Shown here piece after piece: positions 24,134 to 34,058 of a stretch of 64,000 nt of DNA. The stretch lies in the NCBI GenBank assembly GCA_963816145.1, contig CAWFJP010000031.1, positions 96,001-160,000 of the forward strand, in the 5' to 3' direction. Position 1 is the stretch's first letter. Each line of letters begins with the position of its first letter. A model generated the notes under the pieces. That model saw nothing but the letters and a program-made list of their open reading frames with translations. It had not been told where the DNA came from and ran no database searches. Position numbers and translations under genes: made by a program. This stretch comes from an uncultured delta proteobacterium (GTDB lineage Bacteria; Desulfobacterota; Binatia; UBA9968).

Positions 24134-25030
24134 ATGTACCCCCGATCGTTTGAATACTTTGTTGCCGATTCCTTGAAAGAGGCACTCGATATGCTTTCTT
24201 CCGGCGGCGAAGAGGCAAAGCTCTTGGCCGGGGGACAGAGCCTGCTGCCGCTGCTGAAACTTCGCCTCGCGCGCCCGCGTTGGCTGATCGACATCGGCCG
24301 GTTGGGCGGACTCGCCTATATGCAAGAAGATGCAACCGGTTTGCGGATCGGCGCCCTTACGTCGCACCAGAGCGTTTTGGAGTCGCGCTTGATCCAGCAT
24401 AAGTTTCCTCTCATGGCCGATGCCGTCAGGGTGCTCGGCGACAGTCAAGTGAGAAACTGGGGCACCATCGGCGGGGCGTTGGCGGAGGCCGACCCGGCTG
24501 GAGACTGGGGGCCCGTCGCTTTGGCGCTCAAGGCGCGCATTCGCTGCGTCAGCCCGCGCGGCGAGCGCAGCTTCGACGCTGAGTCCTTTTTCGTCGATGC
24601 CTACACGACGCGACTGGATCATGATGAGCTTATCAGCGAGGTGATCTTGCCGACTCCGGCGCCGGATCAAGGGGGCGCCTATGTCAAGCTCGAGCGCCGC
24701 GCCGGCGATTTCGCCGTGGCCAGCGTGGCGGTCCAACTTGCCATGGATGGAGGCAAGGTTTGTCGCGCGGCGAGCATTGCGATGGGCGCCGCGGGATTGA
24801 CGCCGATGCCGGCGCGGGATGCGGCTTCTTTTCTTATCGGAAAGGAAATCCGGCAGGATACGATCCAGGAGGCGGCACGGAGGGTTGCCGCGGCGGCGCA
24901 GCCCATGGAAGATATCCGCGGCTCGCGGGAATACAAGCGCGCCGCGCTGCAATCGATATGCAAACAAGCCATTGCGATCGCGCTCAGGCGCTCCCAGGGC
25001 GAAACCATCGAGGCCGGACATGGCGCTTAA
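24134..25030 (+). CDS. Mo-hydroxylase FAD subunit (CoxM/CutM-like)
   Basis: [23 protein letters not shown]. Confidence 0.94.
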   Translation: MYPRSFEYFVADSLKEALDMLSSGGEEAKLLAGGQSLLPLLKLRLARPRWLIDIGRLGGLAYMQEDATGLRIGALTSHQSVLESRLIQHKFPLMADAVRVLGDSQVRNWGTIGGALAEADPAGDWGPVALALKARIRCVSPRGERSFDAESFFVDAYTTRLDHDELISEVILPTPAPDQGGAYVKLERRAGDFAVASVAVQLAMDGGKVCRAASIAMGAAGLTPMPARDAASFLIGKEIRQDTIQEAARRVAAAAQPMEDIRGSREYKRAALQSICKQAIAIALRRSQGETIEAGHGA

Positions 25031-25511
25031 GAAGCGCATCACAGTCAGCGTCAACGGGCAGAGCCACGAGCATGAGGTGGAGCCGCGGCTCCTGTTGGTG
25101 GATTACCTGCGCGACGTGGTTGGACTTAAGGGGACCCACTTCGGTTGTGATACGACGAGCTGCGGCGCGTGCACGATCATCGTCGACGGTCGCAGCACCA
25201 AGTCCTGTACTTTCCTGGCCGTGCAAGCCGATGGCAGAGAAATCCGCACCATCGAGGGTTTGGCGCGGGACGGCGAGTTGCATCCGATTCAAGAGGCCTT
25301 CTGGACGCACCATGCGCTGCAGTGCGGCTTTTGCACCTCGGGCATGGTGATGGCGGCTTATTTTCTGCTCTCGAAAAATGCCAACCCATCCGCAGCCGAG
25401 ATCAAGCAGGGGATTGCCGGCAACCTTTGCCGCTGCACCGGTTATCTGCCGATCGTGGAAGCGGTGCAAGCCGCAGCGGAGAAACTCAGGTCCGGCGGAC
25501 CGACATCATGA
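25020..25511 (+). CDS. Mo-hydroxylase 2Fe-2S subunit (CoxS/CutS-like)
   Basis: [28 protein letters not shown]. Confidence 0.95.
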   Translation: MALKKRITVSVNGQSHEHEVEPRLLLVDYLRDVVGLKGTHFGCDTTSCGACTIIVDGRSTKSCTFLAVQADGREIRTIEGLARDGELHPIQEAFWTHHALQCGFCTSGMVMAAYFLLSKNANPSAAEIKQGIAGNLCRCTGYLPIVEAVQAAAEKLRSGGPTS

Positions 25512-27931
25512 GCGACGAGGCGAAATCTACGAAGCTCGTCGGCAGCGCGATCCGGCGCAAGGAAGATCCGGATATTCTGCTCGGAGAAGCGCGCTACACA
25601 CAGGATGTCACGCTGCCGCGGATGCTCCACGCGGCGATCCTGCGCAGCCCCTATGCGCACGCGCGCATCCGCAAGATCAATCTGGATCGCGCTTTGGCGC
25701 TGCCCGGCGTGATAGCCGGTCTCACCGGCGCCGAGCTGCAAAAAATCCCGTACCTCAAACCGCTGGCGCCGTTTCCGTTTCAAAGCCGCGATCCTTTTCA
25801 AAAGGGCAATCCCACCATCAAGTTCTTCGACCACTATTGTCTCGCGACCGATAAGGCCCGCTTCGTCGGCGAGCCGCTGGCGGCGGTGGTTGCCGAGGAC
25901 CGCTATATTGCCGAGGATGCGCTGGAGTTGATCGATGCCGAGTTTGACGAGTTGCCGGCGCTGGTGGATACGGAGACTGCTCTTGCGCCGAACGCTCCTT
26001 GTCTCTACGAGGAGTGGGGCGACAACGTCATGCTCACCTTCCACGTCTCCGGCGGCGATGTCGAGCGGGCGTTTCGCGAAGCGGACCTTGTCATCAAAGA
26101 AGAGATTCGCAGCGGCCGCTTCACCGGCACGCCCATCGAGACTCGAGCCGTGGTCGCCAACTACGAGGCCAATACCCGGATGCTGACCGTCTGGGACACG
26201 ACACAAATCGCCCATCCCATCAGCACGCTGATCGAAAACACTATCGCGCTGCCGCAGCTCAAGGTACGCGTGCTGGCGCCACGCATCGGCGGCGGCTATG
26301 GGCAGAAGTGGTCGTTTTATGCCGAAGAAGTGCTCATTCCGCTGCTGTCGATACTGACTCGCCGGCCGGTCAAATGGGTCGAGACGCGCAGCGAGCATAT
26401 GGTTGGCACCATCCACGCGCGCGAGCAGATTCACAGCATCGAAGCGGCCGTGCGCAACGACGGAACGATCCTGGGCATCAAAGACCGCATCGTCGCCAAT
26501 ATCGGCGCCGCCTATCCGACCGGCGGTCTCGCCTCGATCGTCACCACCGGCATGTTCGTCCCAGGCGCCTATAAAATTGCCAACTACGCAGGAGAAGTGA
26601 TCGGGGTGGTGACCAACAAGACGCCCTATGGGGCCCATCGCGGCTTCGGAAAATCCGAAGCCTGTTTCGTGATCGAGCGTTTCGTCGATCTTATCGCCGC
26701 CAAGCTGGGACTCGATCCCCCTGAAGTGCGCCAGCGAAACTTCATTCCTCCTGACGACTTTCCTTACATTTCCGTGACCGGTCCGCGCTACGACAGCGGC
26801 CAGTATGGGCGGGCGTTGAGCCGAGCCATGGAGCTGGCGGATTACACCGGCTGGCGCGCACAACAGGCCCGATTGCGGGGAGAGGGGCGCGCTATCGGCA
26901 TCGGCACCTGTCTGGTCGTGGAGCCGTCCAGCTCGTCGCGCATGGGATCCTACAACGCGGGTTACTACAGCGTGCGCATGCGCATGGATCCCAACGGCAA
27001 GATCGCAGTGTTCCCGAGCGGCAGCGATGAGGGCCAAGGCCACGCGACCTCGATTTCCCAACTCGTCGGCGACGAGTTGCGCGTGCCTTTCGACGATATT
27101 TTAGTCGTGGAAGGGGATAGTCTCGCCTGCCCTTACGGCTCGGGTTCCTATTCGAGCCGCTTTTCCGTGGTCGGGACGACGGCGGCGACCCTGGCCGCGC
27201 GCCAGCTTAAAGAAAAAATTCTCAGCCTGGCCTCGGTGCTGTTGCGCGTTCCGGCGGCTTCGCTGGAGCTTGGCGAGGGCGAGGTCTTGGTTCGCGACCA
27301 TCCCAAACAAGCCGTAACTCTCAAGGAGATTGCGCGCGCCGCTTACTTCAGTATCTTTCGTTTGCCCGAGGGGATGGAGCCGGGACTGGAATTCATTTTT
27401 CATTATCGCGACCCGAACATCGAGTTTCACGCCGACGAGCGCGGCCGGGTGGCCATGTTCAGCAGCTTTCCCTACGACGCCGAAGTGGCCGTGGTGGAAG
27501 TCGATACCGAGTCGGGGGGGCTTAAAATTCTCAAGTTCGTGTCCGTCCACGACTGCGGCAACATGCTGAATCCTCTCATTGTTCGCGGCCAGCATCTGGG
27601 CGCGCTGGCGCACGGCTTCGGCGGCGCGCTCTACGAAGAGCTTCCCTACGATGACAACGGGCAGCCTCTCGCCACCACCTTCAAGGATTACTTCTTGCCG
27701 ACGGTGATGGAAATGCCCGAGCTGACGATCGATCATCTGGTGACGCCCAATCCATTTACACCCGGCGGATTCAAGGGTGCGGGTGAAACCGGCACCGTCG
27801 GACCGCCGGCGGTGCTCGCCAATGCGGTGGAAGACGCGCTGCGGCCGATGGGTGTCAAAGTTCGCCAAGTGCCGCTCAGCCCGTCCTACCTGTGGTCTTT
27901 AATCGAGCAAACAAAGGTTTCGCAGCCGTGA
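25508..27931 (+). CDS. xanthine dehydrogenase family molybdopterin subunit (CoxL-like, not form I CODH)
   Basis: [15 protein letters not shown], active-site loop GAHRGFG, GQGH, KGAGE. Confidence 0.93.
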   Translation: MSDEAKSTKLVGSAIRRKEDPDILLGEARYTQDVTLPRMLHAAILRSPYAHARIRKINLDRALALPGVIAGLTGAELQKIPYLKPLAPFPFQSRDPFQKGNPTIKFFDHYCLATDKARFVGEPLAAVVAEDRYIAEDALELIDAEFDELPALVDTETALAPNAPCLYEEWGDNVMLTFHVSGGDVERAFREADLVIKEEIRSGRFTGTPIETRAVVANYEANTRMLTVWDTTQIAHPISTLIENTIALPQLKVRVLAPRIGGGYGQKWSFYAEEVLIPLLSILTRRPVKWVETRSEHMVGTIHAREQIHSIEAAVRNDGTILGIKDRIVANIGAAYPTGGLASIVTTGMFVPGAYKIANYAGEVIGVVTNKTPYGAHRGFGKSEACFVIERFVDLIAAKLGLDPPEVRQRNFIPPDDFPYISVTGPRYDSGQYGRALSRAMELADYTGWRAQQARLRGEGRAIGIGTCLVVEPSSSSRMGSYNAGYYSVRMRMDPNGKIAVFPSGSDEGQGHATSISQLVGDELRVPFDDILVVEGDSLACPYGSGSYSSRFSVVGTTAATLAARQLKEKILSLASVLLRVPAASLELGEGEVLVRDHPKQAVTLKEIARAAYFSIFRLPEGMEPGLEFIFHYRDPNIEFHADERGRVAMFSSFPYDAEVAVVEVDTESGGLKILKFVSVHDCGNMLNPLIVRGQHLGALAHGFGGALYEELPYDDNGQPLATTFKDYFLPTVMEMPELTIDHLVTPNPFTPGGFKGAGETGTVGPPAVLANAVEDALRPMGVKVRQVPLSPSYLWSLIEQTKVSQP

Positions 27932-28306
27932 ACTGCCAAATGATCTGACGGAAAGCTAGATAACCGATTCGATTCTCGAAGGAGGATGAGCCTATGTTTA
28001 TTGACTACGATTCTCACTCCCGGTTAAATTTTTGGCAACGGTGAGCGCCGAATATCCGCATTCGCCGGGGTAAACCATAGGGTCAGTTCAAGCCTTAATG
28101 CATTTGCTCGTCTTCGCTTCGATGACCGGACGACTGAGCTTATTGAATCACCTCTTTAAATCTCTTCACGCTTAAACTACTCATATCGATCGTGCTCCTG
28201 CCGTCGATGACTTGCTCGGCAAGCGCCTCGCCAATTGCCGCCGAGTGTATGAATCCATGGCCTGAACACGACGACGCAATCATAATGCGATCGTTATCCG
28301 GGTGAA

Positions 28307-28730
28307 CCCGATCCGCTGATGCCCGAAGAGATGGAGAAAGCGATCAGGGAAATGCCGCGCGACGCCGAGGTGATCGAGCTGCTAAAAAAACTTTCCGGCG
28401 AGGGCCCGCTTCCGGCGCGATAACCGCAAAGGCCGCCTAGTGCGCCGACCCAAAAGTTCGCTGCATGATTCATCCGTCATTCCGGGCAAGCTGGCGATAA
28501 CTAGCGCGACCCGGAATCCAGGAAAATCGCCAACCTGGATGCCGGCTTTTTCCGCCATGACGATATCAGGCCGTCCGACTTATTTTGCGAACTTCTGGAC
28601 CAGGACACTAGGGAGCATGGCTGCGCGTCACGGCATGAGTAGGATTCTTGCGGTCTTTCTCTCCGCGGCTTGAGTCGGGGATTGGTCCGAGCCCGCTGCA
28701 GCTCGACAAGTTGACGGCCGTGCAAAGGTA
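28307..28730 (+). repeat. 424-bp direct repeat, copy 2 (orphan tctC tail)
   Basis: Copy of 22095-22518. Confidence 0.95.
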
Positions 28731-28938
28731 TTGAGCCGACCCTCACGGCACTCGCTCCATGTCGATTCTGGTTTCAACGTGATTATTAGACAAGTCGATT
28801 GCAACCGATTGCAACCGGCTTGACAATTCTCAGGGGGAGCGATACAGGCGTCCGGGTATAGATAGCTCGGGCGCGCTGGCCTGACAGTGCATGGCTCAGC
28901 GTCCGAAAGGTCCAGTGACACATAGCAGGAGGTGGACA

Positions 28939-29970
28939 ATGCGATCGTTTCGTCTCCTTTACTTGGGCCTAACCGCCGCACTCGCTGTGCTTCAGTGGCT
29001 TTCTGTCGCTGCCGCCGCGCCGCTGGATGATTTAGTCGCCGCCGCCAAAAAGGACGGCACCGTGAACTTTTACGGGCCGTCCACGTTGAAGAGCGATGGC
29101 GCCCAAGCCCTCGCTCAAGCCTTCAACATAAAATACGGCGCAAACATCAGCGTAAAATTTATTCCCTCCGGATCAATGACCCGCGATGTCGGCAAGGTTG
29201 TGACTCAGGCGGCCACGGGCGCGCCCCCGGAATGGGATGTCATGGTCGCCACCGATGCGCACCATGCGAGCCTTTGGCTGCGCAAGCTTCACAAGCCATT
29301 CGACTACAAATCCTTGGCCGTGGACGAAAAGTTGATCGATCACGACGGCGGTTCGATCTCTTTTGTCCACCAATACATCGTGCCCGCCTACAACAGCAGC
29401 ATGGTTGCCTCGAAGGATGCGCCGAAGAGCTGGGAAGACCTGCTCCAACCAAAGTGGAAGGGCAAGGTGGGCGTGACCACGGCGACGCACCATTTAGCGC
29501 GGCTGGCCCTCGGACCCTGGGGCGAAGAGAAAACCACTGCCTACGTAAAAGCTCTGGCACAGCAGAATCCCGTCGTGGGCGAGTTGGGACCCACCTATAC
29601 TCGGCTCCAACTGGGCGAGATCCTTGTCGCGTTCAGCTTGACCGACAGTTATATCCACCTCGCCAAACAGACGGGGGCTCCTATCGCCGAGGCTGTCGAA
29701 GTAGAAACGGTCATCGCTCCTTCCTATCACGTGGGCGTGCTCAAGGGCGCACAGCATTCCAATGCGGCGCACCTCTTCACGGTCTTTATGACGATGCCGG
29801 AGGCACAACAGGTGTGGGAAAAAACCGTCGGCGTAAGTTCCGCGCTGATTCCCGGAACGGCGTATTATCAGAAAGCCAAGGGTAAACAGATGATCTACAT
29901 GCGTAAGGATCAGTCGGACAAGGTGGAATCGCTGGCGAAGACTTACGGCAAGATGATCGGTCTCCTATAG
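28939..29970 (+). CDS. extracellular solute-binding protein (AfuA-like)
   Basis: Signal peptide, PKSWEDLLQPKWKGK, AQHSNAAHLF; RBS AGGAGG. Confidence 0.9.
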   Translation: MRSFRLLYLGLTAALAVLQWLSVAAAAPLDDLVAAAKKDGTVNFYGPSTLKSDGAQALAQAFNIKYGANISVKFIPSGSMTRDVGKVVTQAATGAPPEWDVMVATDAHHASLWLRKLHKPFDYKSLAVDEKLIDHDGGSISFVHQYIVPAYNSSMVASKDAPKSWEDLLQPKWKGKVGVTTATHHLARLALGPWGEEKTTAYVKALAQQNPVVGELGPTYTRLQLGEILVAFSLTDSYIHLAKQTGAPIAEAVEVETVIAPSYHVGVLKGAQHSNAAHLFTVFMTMPEAQQVWEKTVGVSSALIPGTAYYQKAKGKQMIYMRKDQSDKVESLAKTYGKMIGLL

Positions 29971-30124
29971 AGACCGCGCGAGGCGCGATTGCGATAGCTG
30001 CGACGGTCAAATGCCGCGTCGACCTCGTCCATCAACCGGTATTGCGTACCATGTCCTAAACCGGCGCGCCGGTCGGTTACAGTTGTTCGAGAAGCCCGCC
30101 GAGTATTCTGCGTGTGAAAAATTC

Positions 30125-30248
30125 TCGCTGAAGCCCATCACCGTACGGGCGAAGACTGGATGATCAACATCGCCAAGCAACTTGGGCTTGAAGCGACAAC
30201 GCATTCGCGCGGTCGTCCAAAACCAAAGTACATAGACTCCCGCCCCCC
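30125..30248 (+). mobile_element. C-terminal remnant of a Y1/HUH (RAYT-like) transposase with end motif
   Basis: Translates ..GEDWMINIAKQLGLEATTHSRGRPKPK, resembling the LGLESTLRPRGRPK endings I recall for these transposases, followed by AGACTCCCGCCCC. Confidence 0.6.
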
Positions 30249-30396
30249 TATCCTTCTTTAGGACCCTGAGCCGCGCTACCGTGCCAAATCGCCGAAAAGG
30301 AAAATTCCTCCGCGAACAAATCAACGGGTCAACAAAGCCGAGTTGAATTGACAGAGTTTTTCACAGGTGCGTATAACCAGACGGGAGGAACTCGCT

Positions 30397-31374
30397 ATGA
30401 TCCGAGTCGCGGCCGTCATTTGCAACATAGTTTGGCTTCTGGTCTTCTCAACCGGCGTTGGGCGCGGCGCGGAGCGGAGCCGGGAACAGCCGCAAACCAT
30501 CCGGATTGCCTATGTCTCCCCGGTAACCACGATGGCGCCGATCTGGATCGCCAGCGAGACCGGCGCCTATCAGCGCGAGGGCCTGGACGCGCGGATCATC
30601 TACATCGACGCTAGAGTCGCCGTCGCCGCGCTGGTCGCGGGCGAGGTGGACACCATCGTGATCTCGGCGCCGTCCGTGATACCGCCGGTTTTGAGCGGGG
30701 CCAACATCGCTTTTATCGCCGGGCTGCACAACAAGATGATCTTCTCCTTCCACGCGCAACCCGACATCCAGAGCCCGGCCCAACTTCGGGGCAAGATCGT
30801 CGGTTCCAATCGGCCGGGAACACCGGCGGACTACGGCAACCGAGTCGCCCTGACCAAAATGGGCTTGAAGCCCACCGACGTGCAACTCCTGCCTCTGGGC
30901 AGTTCGGGAGTCATGTGGCAGGCGCTGCAAACGCGCCAGGTCGCCGGCGTGACCCTGGCTCCGCCTTACAGCTTTAGAGCGGACGCTGAAAAATTTTCCC
31001 GCCTGATCGATACCTACGACAGACCCTACCAGAACACCGGCGTTGTGGTTCGGCGAGACCGAATCCATTCCATGGCTGATACGTGGCTGCGCTTGCTGAG
31101 AGCCCTGCGCCAGGCCAATCTGCGCTGGTACGAAGATCCCAAGCTCGCCATGTCGGTGCTGAAGAAATACACCCAGCAATCCGACCCCGACGTGCTCCAG
31201 AAAACCTACGATTTCGAGACCAACCCACCGGGCTTTACCAGGGATCTCAAGGTCTCCGACGCCGGCCTTCAAGGCATCCTCGATTTTCTGTCAGCGACCG
31301 TTCGCCCGGAGGCGGCAAAAGCTTCGCCAAAAGATTTCTACGATACAACCATATTGGACCGGCTTGAAAAATAA
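30397..31374 (+). CDS. NitT/TauT family ABC substrate-binding protein
   Basis: IRIAYVS..PIWIA..EGLD..LRGKIVG..PG; signal peptide; RBS GGAGG. Confidence 0.9.
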   Translation: MIRVAAVICNIVWLLVFSTGVGRGAERSREQPQTIRIAYVSPVTTMAPIWIASETGAYQREGLDARIIYIDARVAVAALVAGEVDTIVISAPSVIPPVLSGANIAFIAGLHNKMIFSFHAQPDIQSPAQLRGKIVGSNRPGTPADYGNRVALTKMGLKPTDVQLLPLGSSGVMWQALQTRQVAGVTLAPPYSFRADAEKFSRLIDTYDRPYQNTGVVVRRDRIHSMADTWLRLLRALRQANLRWYEDPKLAMSVLKKYTQQSDPDVLQKTYDFETNPPGFTRDLKVSDAGLQGILDFLSATVRPEAAKASPKDFYDTTILDRLEK

Positions 31375-31413
31375 ACGAGTTAAGATGTTGAGAGCTGGCG
31401 CATCGGGCCGGAA

Positions 31414-31848
31414 TTGCGAGGCAAGAAGGTGCACTTGGCTCCAATTCCGAGTTCTTCGGCCGAGGCTCGGCGCACGAAGCGGGGCGAGATCGCGCGGTAC
31501 TACGGCGTGCGTGGTCCGTTCCTTTCCCTTCACGTGAACTTGCTCGGCAACCGCAGTGAGTTCTCCGCTCCCCTCGAGTTAAGCCTTCGGAAAGAGCGCG
31601 AGGACTACATCGCGGAAGTGTCTGGCGCCGTCGCCGTCGCCAACATTATCGCTTTTGTCAGCGAAGCGATCGATCCAATATCGATTTTCATCGGCCTCAC
31701 GCGGCGTGACCTGATGGCGCAAGCGGTCCGTTACCTCCTCTTCGGTGAGGGCGAGACCGGGCTGGTTGTCTATACTATCCTCCTACGTTACTGGGACTGG
31801 ACGCCTAAAGAAGACGTGCGTCCCCTTATCTTCCTAATGTCCGACTAG
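31414..31848 (+). pseudogene. orphan C-terminal fragment, possibly the cytoplasmic tail of an amino-acid transporter
   Basis: YLLFGEGETGLVVYTILLRYW..EDVRPLIFLMSD; no start/RBS context; family recalled, not verified. Confidence 0.45.
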
Positions 31849-31865
31849 CACTCAGGTCCCGCAAG

Positions 31866-31971
31866 CTGCCACTTGCGCAGGCAACGACGTTCGTGTTGGT
31901 GATTCAGCTTGAAGACTGCCAATGAGATCGGTCCAACGATTCCGCCGAACGTGCCCGCGAGAGGCAATAAG
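31866..31971 (+). pseudogene. decayed 3' end of an ABC_sub_bind (PF04392-type) gene; 5' exon of the intron
   Basis: LPLAQATTFVLVI/SLKTANEIGPTIPPNVPARGNK matches the family ending [37 protein letters not shown]. Confidence 0.8.
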
Positions 31972-33921
31972 GTGATCAGAGAAGCGTCGGCAAAAGCCGG
32001 AGGGAGGTAGCGAATGAAAGAGTCGTACAAGGTAAGACCTAGCCAGTCGCCTTGACCTCGAGTGATGCGTTGTGTCGGGTAACCGGCAGAGCGAAGCGTT
32101 CACAGAGGTACAACCGGGCAGTGTATTGAGCTCCGAAAGCACCCTTTTGAGGTGGCCGACCTTATTTTGATATGGGGAAGGCAACAGTCATGTCGAGCGA
32201 TTATGGCGAGTTCGATGAGGCCCCCACGGAGTCAGAGACCACCGGCACGGTTGGAAACTTTCCTCGCGGAAGCCGAGAGACCCCGGTAACATCCGTTTCT
32301 GCGCAAGCGGATCGGTCGGAGAAGGCGCGAGGCCACAATGCCGACATGCACGTTAGCGGGGAGTCGTACAGTTCCATAGTACCGAAGAAACCAGCGAACA
32401 AGGGCTGGGTGCCAAAGCCTGCGGAGTTGGCGGAGGGAAGGGGACTGACCAAGGAGAACATCGAGCAATCGCTACTGGACCGGACACAGAGCCGGAAGAA
32501 GAACGGGAGACCGTTTGTCGCCAGGTCGCGCGGGTTGCTAGGTGTACGTGAAGCGGCACGCAGGGATAGGAGGTTGAAGTTCACCAACTTGCAGCACCAT
32601 CTTACGGAGGAGTTGTTGGGAGCGAGCTTTTTCGAATTGAAGAAGCAAGCCGCGCCAGGAATCGACGGTGAGAGGTGGCAGGACTATGCAGTGGATTACG
32701 AGCGGCGGATCAAAGATCTGCACGAACGAATACACTGCGGAAGGTACCGAGCCCAGCCGTCAAAGCGGAGCTACATCCCGAAGGTTGACGGAACGAAGCG
32801 ACCGTTGGGCATAGCAGCGCTGGAGGACAAGATCGTTCAACAGGCGGTGCGCACGGTGCTGGAATGTATCTACGAACAGGACTTTCTGGGGTTCAGTTAC
32901 GGCTATCGTCCGAGACGAAGCAGTCATCAAGCCCTGGATGCGCTGTATGTGGGTATCAGTCGGCGCAAGGTGAACTGGATAATCGACGCGGACATTCGAG
33001 GCTTCTTTGACAACATCAGTCACGAATGGCTGATGAAGTTTGTGGAGCACCGAATTGTCGACAAGCGGATGCTGCGGCTTTTGAAGAAATGGCTTCGAGC
33101 CGGAGTATCGGAGGATGGCGAGTGGTCGCCTACGAAAGTGGGAACACCGCAGGGAGCGGTGATATCACCGTTGTTTGCCAACGTGTTCTTGCACTACGTG
33201 GTGGACCTTTGGATCAATGACTGGCGCAAGCGCCAGGCCGAAGGTGAAGTCATCATCGTGCGCTACGCCGACGACTGTGTGATGGGATTTCGCGAGGAGT
33301 CCGACGCCCGAAGATGTTTGGCAGCTCTGGGAGAGCGGTTAGCCAAATTTGGCTTGGAACTGCACCGAGAGAAAACCAGACTGATTGAATTCGGGAGATA
33401 TGCAGAGGAGCGGCGAAGCAGACGCGGTGATGGGCCACCGGAGAGCTTCGACTTTCTGGGTTTCACCCATATCAGTGGTAAGACTCTGGGAGGCGAATTC
33501 ACGATCCAGCGCCTAACGGCGCGCAAGAAACTCCAAGCCAAACTCGCAGAGCTGAAAGCGGAGCTATTGCGGAGAAGACACGACGACCTGGTGAAGGTCG
33601 GGGAGTGGTTGCACCGAGTGTATAGGGGCTGGTGTCAGTATTATGCGGTCCCGGGCAACTCCACACGGCTGCAGCAGTTCCGCAGTGCGCTCCAAGTCAT
33701 GTGGCTGCGCAACTTACAGCGACGCAGCCAACGCGGCCGCCGCCTGACTTGGGCAAAGTTCTCCAAGCTCTGTAGACGCTGGCTACCGACGCCGAAGATC
33801 CTGCATCCCTATCCTAGCGTGAGGTTTGCATGTCAACATCCGCGGTAAGAACCGTATGCGGTAGCGCCGCACGTACGGGTCCGTGCGGGGGGCGGTCAGC
33901 AATGACCGTCCCTACCGCGAT
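31972..33921 (+). mobile_element. group II intron (bacterial class E-like)
   Basis: Structured leader before the RT ORF; DV/DVI GAACCGTATGCG..CGCACGTACGG..GGGGGCGGTCAGCAATGACCGTCCCTACCGCGAT; 5' boundary at GTGATC is inferred. Confidence 0.88.
32346..33848 (+). CDS. ltrA: group II intron reverse transcriptase/maturase (no En domain)
   Basis: APGIDG, YIPK..RPLGI, FSYGYRP, DADIRGFFD, GTPQG..SP, RYADD, FDFLGF, domain X RGWCQYY; start uncertain (ORF open from 32172). Confidence 0.96.
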   Translation: MHVSGESYSSIVPKKPANKGWVPKPAELAEGRGLTKENIEQSLLDRTQSRKKNGRPFVARSRGLLGVREAARRDRRLKFTNLQHHLTEELLGASFFELKKQAAPGIDGERWQDYAVDYERRIKDLHERIHCGRYRAQPSKRSYIPKVDGTKRPLGIAALEDKIVQQAVRTVLECIYEQDFLGFSYGYRPRRSSHQALDALYVGISRRKVNWIIDADIRGFFDNISHEWLMKFVEHRIVDKRMLRLLKKWLRAGVSEDGEWSPTKVGTPQGAVISPLFANVFLHYVVDLWINDWRKRQAEGEVIIVRYADDCVMGFREESDARRCLAALGERLAKFGLELHREKTRLIEFGRYAEERRSRRGDGPPESFDFLGFTHISGKTLGGEFTIQRLTARKKLQAKLAELKAELLRRRHDDLVKVGEWLHRVYRGWCQYYAVPGNSTRLQQFRSALQVMWLRNLQRRSQRGRRLTWAKFSKLCRRWLPTPKILHPYPSVRFACQHPR

Positions 33922-34058
33922 TGAGGCTAGGATCGAACCGATTTCTCCATTGATTAAATGTGGAAGATTTTCCCCACACGTCTACAAAGCCTTTTCCCCC
34001 GCCAACCAAGATTCTTGCGTTACGTTTTCAAACTTCTTTCGACTGTCGGTTGATAAAA

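Noticed and set aside
25442-27061. Long antisense ORFs (also 33960-35189, 60979-62151, 12445-13413)
   Set aside because: Shadow ORFs of GC-rich genes with clear motifs on the opposite strand.
25508-27931. Aerobic CO dehydrogenase (form I coxL)
   Set aside because: Lacks AYXCSFR and has no coxDEFG accessory genes.
32172-33848. Retron, DGR or defence RT
   Set aside because: It has YADD, maturase domain X and a downstream DV/DVI, and no TR/VR pair or msr/msd was seen; it is a group II intron protein.
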